Shown here: positions 17,419 through 26,427 of the stretch, piece by piece
Layout of the letters: the number at the start of each line of letters is the position of its first letter
Numbering within the stretch: position 1 is the stretch's first letter
IMG/VR virus record: IMGVR_UViG_3300027721_000021
Location: 1-52,144 of that record
From: a virus
Lineage: Duplodnaviria > Caudoviricetes
Length of the DNA: 52,144 nucleotides
Direction: 5' to 3' (one strand)
Notes under the pieces: generated by a model
Databases searched by the model: none
The model's input: the letters and a program-made list of their open reading frames with translations, nothing else
What the model was told of the DNA's origin: nothing
Program-made: the position numbers and the translations under genes

Positions 17419-19800
17419 ATGTCAGCCACCAATCTCAATGTCACTAAGTCGATCCTCGCGAAATTGCTCGCGGGTGAGAATATCAACGTAGTGCATCAAC
17501 GTGTAAGCACTGCGGCATTCGAACTCAAGACTCGCACTCTGTATCTTCCGATTTGGGAAGACATGGACGGCGAGCTTTATGACTTGCTCTGCGGTCATGA
17601 AGTCGGACATGCTCTCTATACACCGGCTGACGGTTGGCACAATGCCATTCACGATGAAAACGGCAAGCTGATCGGCACGTTCAAGAATGTGCTGAACATC
17701 GTGGAAGATGCGCGTATTGAGAAAATGATCAAGCGCACGTATCCCGGTCTGTCTCGGTCATTCGTTTCTGGCTACAAGTCGCTCTTCGAACGCGACTTCT
17801 TCGGCATCAAGAAACTCAAGGATTACAACAAACTCAACATCCTCGACCGCATCAATCTGTATGCGAAGTGCGGCTCGTTCCTGATCGTGCCTTTCAATGA
17901 TGAAGAGCGCGAACTCATGCGCGAAGTCGAAACTACCGAGACTTGGGAACAGGTTGTCGTAGTCGCTCGCAAACTCTTCGAACGTGCGAAGCAGGAACAG
18001 GACGACAAGATGAACGATCTTGAAGACCTGACCGAAGAACTTCTGCGCCAGTTCGAAGAGAATTGCGAGACTGGCAACTTCGAAGAGCAGGAACTTGACC
18101 TGTCGGATGACGACGGGCAGGAACTCCCCATTCCGCAGCGTGCGGGTGAAGAGGAAGAGGAAGGCGAAAAGACTCCGACCGATGCCGATGCGTCTACCGA
18201 TGAAGAATCGGAAGAGGAAGAATCGGCTGACGGTAAGGGTGCGGATAGCGACTCTGAGCCGGAAGAGGAAACGGATGAAGATGCGAATGCGTCTGGCGAC
18301 TCCGATGAAGGTGAAGAGGAAGACTCTACCGAAGAGCCGTTGTCTGGCGCAGATGGCGCAGGCGAGGAAGGTAAGACTGAGGACAAGGATCCGGAGTCTA
18401 TCACCGACAAGATTTTCCGTGACCGTGAACGCGAACTGATCGCGGACGGCGTGGAAATCTACACGTACAATCTGCCTAAGCCGATGCTCGACAAGATCAT
18501 CGTGCCGAACAAGATTTTCATTGACAACTTCTACGAACAGTTGGCGACTGCGCAAAAGCTTGCCGGTAAGAACGATCCTATCGTGGCTACGGCAGCGAAG
18601 CGTTTCTCTGAGAAGAACAACCGGTACATCAACCTGTTGGTCAAGGAATTCGAAATGCGGAAGAATGCGCGGCAGTATGCTCGCACTACCGTAGCGAAGA
18701 CTGGCGAACTAGACATGGGCAAGCTGCATACCTACAAGTACAGCAATGACCTGTTCAAGAAAATCTCTGTTGTCGAAAAGGGCAAGAGCCACGGCATGAT
18801 CATGTATGTGGACATGTCCGGTTCGATGGGCGATTGCTTCGGCGCGACCATGGAACAGACGCTTATCCTGACTGCGTTCTGCCGTCGCGTCGGCATCCCG
18901 TTCGACGTTTACGGTTTCTCGGATCGTCGCGACTTCCTGACTTCCATGATCGCGAAGCGCAAGCTGAACTCTGGCTTTGTCGGCAAGAAGTTCCAGAAGT
19001 TGAACAACGATGCGTATGAAGTTACAAGCGATGCGTTCCACCTGATTCACTTTGTCTCTTCGCAGATGCAGGGCAATCACTATCGCCGTGCGGTTGACGC
19101 AATGGCAATGATCGCAATGAACTGGAAGAGCCGCATGTACCCGCGCACGTACCTGTCATGGGAATCCATGGGTCTTGCGCTCGGCGGCACTCCGTTCACT
19201 CAGACGGTCATGGCTTCGCGCCCGATGATCGAAAAGTTCAAGATCGACAACAAGGTTGATATCACCAACGTCATTTACCTGACTGATGGTGACGGCACCG
19301 GTTGCTTCAACTTCACGGATATCAAGCCGTCAGCCTACACTGCGGAAGGCAAGCCGAAGATCGAACAGCATATCTACCTGATCGACCAGAAGACCCGTCG
19401 CCGCATCGAACTGATCAACGGCTACACTTCGGCTGCGCAGCACCAGAAGGCTCTGACCGAGTTTGTGCGTCAGGCAACCGGTTGCAAGCATATCGGCTTC
19501 TACATTGGCGACTCGCGCACGATCAAGGGCTACATCCGTACTAACACTAAGATGGATGAAGTCGCTGAGAAGGAAATGGACAAGCAGTGGCGCAAGGATG
19601 GTTACTACTCTGCGCCGATGATCGGCTATGACATGTACTACTTTGTCAAGCAGTCTGACCTCAACGTTTCGGACGACGATTACAACATCACCGAAGACAT
19701 GAACAGCAAGAAAATTGCCAAGGTCTTCACCGATGCGCAGGATGACAAGCGTAAGCACCGCGTCCTCGTTTCGAAGTTCGCGCAGGATATCGCAGCGTAA
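17419..19800 (+). CDS. CobT-like protein: zincin-motif N-domain, acidic linker, vWA domain
   Basis: LAKLLA.ENI, HEVGHALYT, NIVEDARIEK, long D/E tract, MIDAS DMSGSM, LTDGDG. Confidence 0.85.
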   Translation: MSATNLNVTKSILAKLLAGENINVVHQRVSTAAFELKTRTLYLPIWEDMDGELYDLLCGHEVGHALYTPADGWHNAIHDENGKLIGTFKNVLNIVEDARIEKMIKRTYPGLSRSFVSGYKSLFERDFFGIKKLKDYNKLNILDRINLYAKCGSFLIVPFNDEERELMREVETTETWEQVVVVARKLFERAKQEQDDKMNDLEDLTEELLRQFEENCETGNFEEQELDLSDDDGQELPIPQRAGEEEEEGEKTPTDADASTDEESEEEESADGKGADSDSEPEEETDEDANASGDSDEGEEEDSTEEPLSGADGAGEEGKTEDKDPESITDKIFRDRERELIADGVEIYTYNLPKPMLDKIIVPNKIFIDNFYEQLATAQKLAGKNDPIVATAAKRFSEKNNRYINLLVKEFEMRKNARQYARTTVAKTGELDMGKLHTYKYSNDLFKKISVVEKGKSHGMIMYVDMSGSMGDCFGATMEQTLILTAFCRRVGIPFDVYGFSDRRDFLTSMIAKRKLNSGFVGKKFQKLNNDAYEVTSDAFHLIHFVSSQMQGNHYRRAVDAMAMIAMNWKSRMYPRTYLSWESMGLALGGTPFTQTVMASRPMIEKFKIDNKVDITNVIYLTDGDGTGCFNFTDIKPSAYTAEGKPKIEQHIYLIDQKTRRRIELINGYTSAAQHQKALTEFVRQATGCKHIGFYIGDSRTIKGYIRTNTKMDEVAEKEMDKQWRKDGYYSAPMIGYDMYYFVKQSDLNVSDDDYNITEDMNSKKIAKVFTDAQDDKRKHRVLVSKFAQDIAA

Positions 19801-20354
19801 TGGCAATCTCCACCTTCATAGAACGTCCGCGCAGAGGCGACGGCACCATCTATGGGGTGCCGTACACCTTTCGCTATGAGTCTTATGAGTATGAGTTGAT
19901 CGACGGCACGCGATTCGAAGAACACAAGTTCGATGACATGGTGGACTACGTAAAGCGCAATCACAAGTCATTCAGTGGGATGATGGATGCGAAGTTAGGA
20001 AGTCGGCGGATGACTCCGGACGATCTGAACGCACGCCGACTGTTCATCGTAACAGAGAACAAGAAAAGACAGTTGAAGTGGGATAAGGAATTCAACCACA
20101 AGGTTGTGAATCTTGTTCACAAGGCAATTGAGCAGGGCATGGTGAGTCTGAAAGTCGCAACGATACAGCCGTTCGAACTTCGCACGGTTGACGATAAGGT
20201 GAGTACGATGGTGACACCGAATTACGATTCCTTCGATATCTGGTATGATCGGAGTCTTGTTTCTGAGTCTGAGGCATACACTCGCTGCCGCGAACAAGCC
20301 GAGAATGCGATAAGAAAGTCCATGCCGCCGCCTGATTTACTGCCGATGGTGTAA
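19800..20354 (+). CDS. Hypothetical protein
   Basis: 184-aa ORF coupled by a TAATG overlap. Confidence 0.65.
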   Translation: MAISTFIERPRRGDGTIYGVPYTFRYESYEYELIDGTRFEEHKFDDMVDYVKRNHKSFSGMMDAKLGSRRMTPDDLNARRLFIVTENKKRQLKWDKEFNHKVVNLVHKAIEQGMVSLKVATIQPFELRTVDDKVSTMVTPNYDSFDIWYDRSLVSESEAYTRCREQAENAIRKSMPPPDLLPMV

Positions 20355-20411
20355 GTCATTGATTTCAAAAGGCTTTCAATCCTTGCCTTTTACCCCGATA
20401 ACCCGCATAAT
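20352..20411 (+). promoter_or_regulatory. sigma70 promoter with upstream IHF-consensus box
   Basis: TAAGTCATTGATT at 20352; TTGCCT(20383)-17-CATAAT. Confidence 0.7.
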
Positions 20412-20429
20412 GGGACATAGATAGTACAC

Positions 20430-21848
20430 ATGGCATCCTCCGATATGGCACGCACCCCGAACTACACCGTGGAACAGCAAAAGCAATTCCTTGAAGACCT
20501 GATTGCCGAATTTGGCGATACGGCAACGTCCAAGCAAATTCTTGACTTCGCAGAAGGCAAGGGTCTGCCCGTTCCGCATTTCATTCTGCGCGACGACAAG
20601 CGCAAGTTCGCTCGCGGCAAGTATCGACTTTGCTCGCGCTCCGCACTCCTGAAAAAGAACACCGTGTCGCACGCAATCGCGAAGGCACTGGAAAAGGCGG
20701 ATGCAGAAGAGGCACCCGCAATGCTGCCGAATGCGACTGTGACACAGATCGCGTCAAAGCGTGCGCTCAACATCACCGAGTCATTCGTACCTGACCGTTT
20801 GGATACTTACGTACCCTTCGGATTCTTCGATGACCTTCGGGACATTATCAATTCCAAGATTTTCTACCCTGTTTTTATTCAGGGTCACTCAGGCAACGGT
20901 AAGACGTTGATGGTGGAACAGGTTTGCGCTTCGCTCGGTCGCGAAATGATCCGAGTGAACATTACGAAGCGAACCGATGAAACGGACCTGATCGGTTCGT
21001 ATGAACTGATCGACGGTAACACAATTCGCCGCGAAGGTCCGGTTCTCACCGCAATGCGCCGTGGCGCGATTCTGCTTCTGGATGAAGTTGACCTCGGCAC
21101 CGAAGACTTGCTTTGCTTGCAGCCGGTGCTAGAGGGGAAACCGTACTTCGATAAGAAGACCGGTGAAGTCATACATCCCTGCTACGGTTTCAACGTCATT
21201 GCGACTGCCAACACTAAGGGCAAGGGTGACGCGGACGGTCGCTATCTCGGTGCGAACGTCATGAACGAAGCTATGCTTGAGCGTTTCGCTCTTACGGAAG
21301 AGCAGGACTATCCGGACGCGAAGACTGAGCGCAACATTCTGCGCAAGAACTTCGAAGCGTTGGAAGTGTCGGATGACGACTTCATTGATCGTCTAGTCAC
21401 TTGGGCAGAAGTCATTCGCAAGTCCTTCAAGGATGGTGCGGTGGATGAAATCATTTCCACCCGTCGCCTTGTCCACATTACGAAGGCTTTCAAGATCTTC
21501 AAGCGCAACCGCATGAAGGCAATCGAAAAGTGCCTCAACCGGTTCGATGCTGAGACTAAGACCGCATTCCTCGACCTGTATACGAAGGTTGACGTTGAAG
21601 CGTTCAAGGTGGAAGCCGAAGGCAGAATGCCGGAAGCGACCGAGTTCGAAGACATGGTTACAATGCTCACCACAAAGTACAAGACTCCGGTTTCGATCTA
21701 CAAGGATGAAGCGAAGGCTTGCTACGTTGTCGATGCGTTCGACCGCAAGACCTCGGTGACTTACGCGCAGATCAAGGCTTCGAAGTCTGCGACCGCAATC
21801 TTCGACCAGACGATTGCTGACCATCAGTTCCTCGTACCGGAAGCCTAA
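20430..21848 (+). CDS. CobS-like MoxR-family AAA+ ATPase
   Basis: YVPFG.F, GHSGNGKT, LLLDEVD, ATANTKG.G, NEAMLERF, ISTRRL. Confidence 0.9.
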   Translation: MASSDMARTPNYTVEQQKQFLEDLIAEFGDTATSKQILDFAEGKGLPVPHFILRDDKRKFARGKYRLCSRSALLKKNTVSHAIAKALEKADAEEAPAMLPNATVTQIASKRALNITESFVPDRLDTYVPFGFFDDLRDIINSKIFYPVFIQGHSGNGKTLMVEQVCASLGREMIRVNITKRTDETDLIGSYELIDGNTIRREGPVLTAMRRGAILLLDEVDLGTEDLLCLQPVLEGKPYFDKKTGEVIHPCYGFNVIATANTKGKGDADGRYLGANVMNEAMLERFALTEEQDYPDAKTERNILRKNFEALEVSDDDFIDRLVTWAEVIRKSFKDGAVDEIISTRRLVHITKAFKIFKRNRMKAIEKCLNRFDAETKTAFLDLYTKVDVEAFKVEAEGRMPEATEFEDMVTMLTTKYKTPVSIYKDEAKACYVVDAFDRKTSVTYAQIKASKSATAIFDQTIADHQFLVPEA

Positions 21849-21849
21849 T

Positions 21850-22017
21850 ATGGCACTTCAAAAGATAATGGAAGATCATGCTGCCGCATTAGAGATAGTG
21901 CGGCGCGTACAGCAAAACGCACGGTGGAGCGACTTACTCGACTCTTACGTGATTGACGCGGATACTGTCGCGATGGCAGATATCCTTGTGCGCGAAATCG
22001 AAGAGTCTGACAAATGA
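21850..22017 (+). CDS. Small hypothetical protein
   Basis: ATG just after the upstream stop; ATGA overlap with the next gene. Confidence 0.55.
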   Translation: MALQKIMEDHAAALEIVRRVQQNARWSDLLDSYVIDADTVAMADILVREIEESDK

Positions 22018-22448
22018 AAGAGCGTCACATTGGATTCACCGGCACCCGCGAGGGTATGTCGGACCATCAAAAGGAAACCTTCGCGGGTATCCTCAAGACG
22101 GCGAAACTTCTCTCCGAACTTGAAGATGAAGTGATCGTGTTTCACCATGGCGACTGTAAGGGTGCCGATGCCGACGCGCACGCAATCGCATTAGAGTTAG
22201 GATGCAGCGTCATCATCCATCCGCCAGTCAAGCGCATCATGCGTGCATACTGTCAGGGTGCGCGGGAAATCCTGCCACCCGAAGACTACTTAGAACGTGA
22301 TCGCTGCATCGTGGATTCTGTTAGCGGCATGATCGCTGCTCCTAAGTCAGATAAGGAAGAAGTCCGAAGCGGCACATGGTACACTGTGCGATATGCTCGT
22401 AAGACTAATAAGAGAGTTATCCTGCTAAACCGGGAATCTCAAGTCTAA
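22014..22448 (+). CDS. SLOG-superfamily (DprA/YspA-like) nucleotide-binding protein
   Basis: IGFTGTREG, HHGDCKGADA, YLERDRCIVD, SGTWYTVRYA. Confidence 0.75.
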   Translation: MKERHIGFTGTREGMSDHQKETFAGILKTAKLLSELEDEVIVFHHGDCKGADADAHAIALELGCSVIIHPPVKRIMRAYCQGAREILPPEDYLERDRCIVDSVSGMIAAPKSDKEEVRSGTWYTVRYARKTNKRVILLNRESQV

Positions 22449-22457
22449 TTCATAGGT

Positions 22458-22486
22458 TTGATTAGAATTAAGAATTCTGCTATAAT
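22458..22486 (+). promoter_or_regulatory. sigma70 promoter for the helicase operon
   Basis: TTGATT-17-TATAAT with extended TG. Confidence 0.75.
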
Positions 22487-22512
22487 AGTAGCATGACTAA
22501 GATAATGAGGCT

Positions 22513-22701
22513 GTGACTGAAATGACTGATATGGATACAGATGAAATTTTCGGTGGTATTAAGCGTATCACTCCTGTCTACACTGACAACATCATTCAAT
22601 TCCCGAAGATGCCGGTGAATGCGGCGACTGATATTGAGCATAGTGACATGGACAATATCATCCAGTTTCCGGATAAGCTATTTGTCCTAATAGGCTCTTA
22701 A
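22513..22701 (+). CDS. Small protein with duplicated DNIIQFP motif
   Basis: 62 aa, GAGG RBS, DNIIQFP twice. Confidence 0.55.
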   Translation: MTEMTDMDTDEIFGGIKRITPVYTDNIIQFPKMPVNAATDIEHSDMDNIIQFPDKLFVLIGS

Positions 22702-22705
22702 TATC

Positions 22706-24793
22706 ATGACAACCAAACATACAGGCGCACGCGAGCTAATCAAGCTAGGCGTATTCGACAACCTCTCAAGCTTCAAGCAATTCGAAGAGCGCAGCAAGAA
22801 ACTGCCGAATACGAAGCTTGTCGGTGACTATCTGGAAATTCTCGTTGAGGGGTTGCTGTACACGCATCCGTATTTCAACGCAAAGAATGTCTGGCAAGTC
22901 GGCAGCATCCCGTCGCGGATCGTCAAAAAGTACAACTTCCCGAAGCACAAGACGATGGGACTCGACGGCGCATACGAAGACCAATTTGGTCAGATCATTC
23001 CGTATCAGGTCAAGAACTACTCTTGCGATGTTCTCTCCGTAGAACACGTTGCGACCTTCCTCGGCGTTACTGAAAAGTCGCTGCGGGATCGCGTCATCTT
23101 TACGAACGTTCCCCGCTTCGCGACGGAAATCGACCGGCGTATCGGTCTGCGCGGCGTGAAAGCCGGATTCTTCCAGACTCTCACAAAGCATGACTTCATC
23201 AACTTCTACAATTGGCTTATGGACAAGCCGCTCCTGCCAGTTCAGCAGCGCACACCTAAGCCGCACCAGAAGGAATTCGTTGCTGCCGGTATTGATCACT
23301 TCGCGACCAATGATCGCGGACAGGCTGTAGCGGCGTGCGGATCGGGCAAGACCCTTTCTGGACTCTGGATCATCGAAGGTCTGTGGCGTGCGGGTAGGTT
23401 GCCTAACAACACCGCAATCGTCTTCCTGCCGTCCATTTCGCTTGTCTCGCAGACTCGTAAGGAATGGAACGCGCAGCTTCCGAATGATCTTCTGGAAATC
23501 TGCGTATGCTCCGACGAGACTGCCGGTAAGCAGGACGACACGATTCAGTACAACGTCAAGGACATGATGTTCCCGGCAACTACGGATGCCAAGACCATTC
23601 GCAAGTTCCTCAAGCACAAGACTCGCAAGCTTAAGGTCATCTTCTCGACGTATCACTCTGCGGCAGTAGTGGCGAATGCCATGAACTCGCGTGGCATCCC
23701 GGCAATCGACTTCGGCGCATTCGATGAAGCGCACCGCACGGCATCGACTGGCGCGATGTTCTCGTTCGCACTGTCCAACAGCAACATTCGCATCAACAAG
23801 CGCATGTTCATGACTGCGACTCCGAAGCACTACAAGATCAGCGCAGACAAGCTCAAGAAACTTGGTGACGATATCAAGATCGTTTCCATGGACAACGAAA
23901 AGCTATATGGCAAGGTCTTCTATCGGCTCACCTTCAAGGAAGCCGTTGCGCGTGGCATCATCGTTCCGCTCAAGGTCATCGTTTCGATGGTGACGCGGCA
24001 GGACGTTGCCGAGTGGGTTGAAGACAAGCAAGCGACCACCAACGTCAAGGGTGAGGATATCAACGTCAAGTGGGTTGCGGGTCAAATCTCGCACGCGCAG
24101 GCACGCAAGAAGTACGGTATCACTAAGTCGATTTCTTACCTGTCGCGTATCGCACAAGCCGAAGACTACGCGAGCGATTCGCCGCGTGGACTCAAGAACT
24201 ACGTGAAGGGTCTGGAAACCTTCGCGGCTTCCTCTAATCAGAATTCGACCGAACGCGAGAATGTCCTGAAAGACTTCCGCGAAGCACCGTATGCCGATAT
24301 CGCGAACTCGCGCTGCCTGACCGAAGGCGTAGACCTTCCCTCGGTGGACATGGTTCACTTCTTCCACCCGCGCAAGAGCCACATTGATATCGTGCAGGCA
24401 ATCGGTCGCCCAATGCGTATCGCTCCCGGCAAGGAATGTGGTTACGTTCTAGTGACGCTTTACATCGACCAACAGAAGGGTGAATCCTTTGAGGAAGCGG
24501 TTGAGCGCACTTCGCAGGACGGTCTGGTGGATATCATCAACGCAGTCCGCGAACACGATGAAGACCTCACGGCACTCATTCAGCAGCTTCGGCGCGAACG
24601 TGGCGAAGGTCGCCCATACAATCCACGCATTCTCAAGGACAAGATCGAAGTGATTGGTCCGCGAGTGCGTCTGGAAACGCTTGAGAAGTCAATCTCAACG
24701 ATCATCATTGACCGACTCAGCACGGCATTCGATGAAACGTATGGCGAGTTCATGGCATTCGTAAAGAAGCACGGCAGGCTCCCGCAGGGTTAA
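22706..24793 (+). CDS. Mrr-like nuclease + SF2 (DEAH) helicase ending in half an HA domain
   Basis: N-term GLDG...PYQVKNY (D...QxK); ACGSGKT, DEAHRT, MTATP, LTEGVDLP, DIVQAIGRPMR; ends FDETYGEFMAFVKKHGRLPQG. Confidence 0.85.
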   Translation: MTTKHTGARELIKLGVFDNLSSFKQFEERSKKLPNTKLVGDYLEILVEGLLYTHPYFNAKNVWQVGSIPSRIVKKYNFPKHKTMGLDGAYEDQFGQIIPYQVKNYSCDVLSVEHVATFLGVTEKSLRDRVIFTNVPRFATEIDRRIGLRGVKAGFFQTLTKHDFINFYNWLMDKPLLPVQQRTPKPHQKEFVAAGIDHFATNDRGQAVAACGSGKTLSGLWIIEGLWRAGRLPNNTAIVFLPSISLVSQTRKEWNAQLPNDLLEICVCSDETAGKQDDTIQYNVKDMMFPATTDAKTIRKFLKHKTRKLKVIFSTYHSAAVVANAMNSRGIPAIDFGAFDEAHRTASTGAMFSFALSNSNIRINKRMFMTATPKHYKISADKLKKLGDDIKIVSMDNEKLYGKVFYRLTFKEAVARGIIVPLKVIVSMVTRQDVAEWVEDKQATTNVKGEDINVKWVAGQISHAQARKKYGITKSISYLSRIAQAEDYASDSPRGLKNYVKGLETFAASSNQNSTERENVLKDFREAPYADIANSRCLTEGVDLPSVDMVHFFHPRKSHIDIVQAIGRPMRIAPGKECGYVLVTLYIDQQKGESFEEAVERTSQDGLVDIINAVREHDEDLTALIQQLRRERGEGRPYNPRILKDKIEVIGPRVRLETLEKSISTIIIDRLSTAFDETYGEFMAFVKKHGRLPQG

Positions 24794-24797
24794 TGAT

Positions 24798-25187
24798 ATG
24801 ATGACCGAAGCACAACTGTATCAGTGGATGAGGGCACAACGCACCTATAACAATCAGGGGCGACTTGAGCCGCGCCGCGTGAAACTTCTAGAGAAGATTC
24901 CCGGTTGGACTTGGACACCAGAAGATGATTCTTGGAATCAGAAGTATGAACTCTCTAAGAAGCACGGTACTCTATCCCGTACCTTCATTACAGCCGATGG
25001 AATCAAGTTAGGATGCTGGCAAGAAAACATGCGTAAGAATGGTGGTAACAACAAGCACATGACACCAGAGCGCAAGAAACTTCTAGAGAAGATTCCCGGT
25101 TGGTATTGGAAAATGACACCAGAAATGTTCTCCGAGAAGCAGAGAAAGTGTTCTTCTGGAAGAAAGACAAAGGCTCGCCGCAAATGA
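24798..25187 (+). CDS. Helicase-associated (HA) repeat protein 1
   Basis: LYQWMRAQR...LLEKIPGWTW, W..KY, GIKLGCWQENMR..LLEKIPGWYW. Confidence 0.8.
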   Translation: MMTEAQLYQWMRAQRTYNNQGRLEPRRVKLLEKIPGWTWTPEDDSWNQKYELSKKHGTLSRTFITADGIKLGCWQENMRKNGGNNKHMTPERKKLLEKIPGWYWKMTPEMFSEKQRKCSSGRKTKARRK

Positions 25188-25654
25188 TGACCGAAGCAGA
25201 ATTATTTCGTTGGATGGGTACGCAGCGCAGATCGTGTACGGACCCACGCCGTCGCGAATTGCTTGAGGCGATTCCCGGTTGGACATGGGAGAGTCCCAAC
25301 GACATACGTTGGAATGCCAACTTCAAAGTGTTCAAGAAACACGGAAAGATGGTCAACAACCAACATTTCAAAACGCCCGATGGTGTCTCCCTCGGTAAGT
25401 GGGTGAAGAACCAACAACAGTTCTGTAAGGAACCCGCGAAACGCGCATTGCTAGAATCTATTCCCGGTTGGGTCTGGCTCACACCACAAACCGATAGATG
25501 GGATCGTGCATTTGAGTATCTCAAGACGCATGGTGTAGTGACGCACGGTTTCAAAACGCCGGATGGATTTAGACTTGGACACTGGATTAACACTCAGAGA
25601 CAAGCTTGTAAAGATCCAGAGAGGCGCAAACTATTAGAGTCAATTCCCGGTTGG
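24881..25654 (+). repeat. Direct repeats within the HA genes
   Basis: 28-bp exact repeat GAAACTTCTAGAGAAGATTCCCGGTTGG at 24881 and 25076; 12-mer ATTCCCGGTTGG at 24897, 25092, 25271, 25460, 25643. Confidence 0.9.
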
Positions 25655-25909
25655 ACATGGGTGGTGGTAGAGAGAAAACCCAACTCAAAGAATATCGCAT
25701 TGTGGGAAAAGGGATACGATCACCTTAAGCAATATGGCAGTGGTGCGGTGACTCAGAAGTACCGTATGGAAGACGGCTTTGCTCTCGGGCATTGGGTTAT
25801 GATGCAGCGACGTATTTGTAAGGATTCAGAACGCCGCCGACGATTAGAGTTAATTCCTGACTGGACATGGAAATCCCCTCGCGGTCCAAAAGTTAAGAGC
25901 AGGATTTAG
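25184..25909 (+). CDS. Helicase-associated (HA) repeat protein 2
   Basis: ATGA-coupled start MMTEAELFRW; four LE.IP(G/D)W.W units with DG..LG.W..QR. Confidence 0.8.
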   Translation: MMTEAELFRWMGTQRRSCTDPRRRELLEAIPGWTWESPNDIRWNANFKVFKKHGKMVNNQHFKTPDGVSLGKWVKNQQQFCKEPAKRALLESIPGWVWLTPQTDRWDRAFEYLKTHGVVTHGFKTPDGFRLGHWINTQRQACKDPERRKLLESIPGWTWVVVERKPNSKNIALWEKGYDHLKQYGSGAVTQKYRMEDGFALGHWVMMQRRICKDSERRRRLELIPDWTWKSPRGPKVKSRI

Positions 25910-25911
25910 GC

Positions 25912-25940
25912 TAGACTTTCTCTAGCGACTCTGCTATAAT
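25912..25940 (+). promoter_or_regulatory. sigma70 promoter
   Basis: TAGACT-17-TATAAT with extended TG. Confidence 0.75.
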
Positions 25941-26017
25941 GATTGTGTAATGGGTAATACCGCAGCCCGTTCATATCTCTAATGTGAATTGCGGGATTTG
26001 TTTGAGGTTCTAGAACT

Positions 26018-26299
26018 ATGAAGCTATCGTTACGTGAGAAGGTGCTGCGCACTTTCGATAATCCGGTGTACAACACCTTTACGACCGCACAGGCTGCGGC
26101 TCGTTTCGGCGTGTCGCCTGCCACCGTCACTAAGACGGTCAACGCACTGCGTCTAGATGGTCATCCCATCTATCGCAACCGCAAGACCTATGAAGGTCGC
26201 ACGATCAACGTCTATCGTTACGGCACGCCGTCGAAGCGTTTCCTGCGCAACCTCCGTGCGGGTCGCACTCAGATCGCTATCGAAGCCCTCAACGGCTAA
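26018..26299 (+). CDS. Winged-HTH DNA-binding protein
   Basis: FTTAQAAARFGVSPATVTKTVNALRLDGHPIY.N, YRYGTPS. Confidence 0.8.
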   Translation: MKLSLREKVLRTFDNPVYNTFTTAQAAARFGVSPATVTKTVNALRLDGHPIYRNRKTYEGRTINVYRYGTPSKRFLRNLRAGRTQIAIEALNG

Positions 26300-26321
26300 C
26301 CCTAGCGTCAAGTGACGAAAC

Positions 26322-26350
26322 AAAGAGCCGGAAGAAATTCCGGCTCTTTT
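26322..26350 (+). terminator. Rho-independent terminator (possibly bidirectional)
   Basis: AAAGAGCCGGAA-GAAA-TTCCGGCTCTTTT. Confidence 0.9.
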
Positions 26351-26353
26351 CGT

Positions 26354-26382
26354 TTGACTTTCCCATACCGATGATGTAAACT
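26354..26382 (+). promoter_or_regulatory. sigma70 promoter
   Basis: TTGACT-17-TAAACT. Confidence 0.65.
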
Positions 26383-26427
26383 GTGCTATATATTGGGTCA
26401 TCATCATTTCTGAGTGGAGTCTTTCTT

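Noticed and set aside
18100-18400. Long D/E-rich low-complexity tract
   Set aside because: Ordinary acidic linker of CobT-like proteins, not a DNA repeat element.
17419-21848. Cobalamin biosynthesis (cobS/cobT) as auxiliary metabolism
   Set aside because: No cobN or other cob genes; the motifs fit the generic phage MoxR/vWA pair.
24881-25864. CRISPR-like array from the spaced 12-28 bp repeats
   Set aside because: Spacing of about 180-195 bp and in-frame coding for HA protein repeats; no cas genes.
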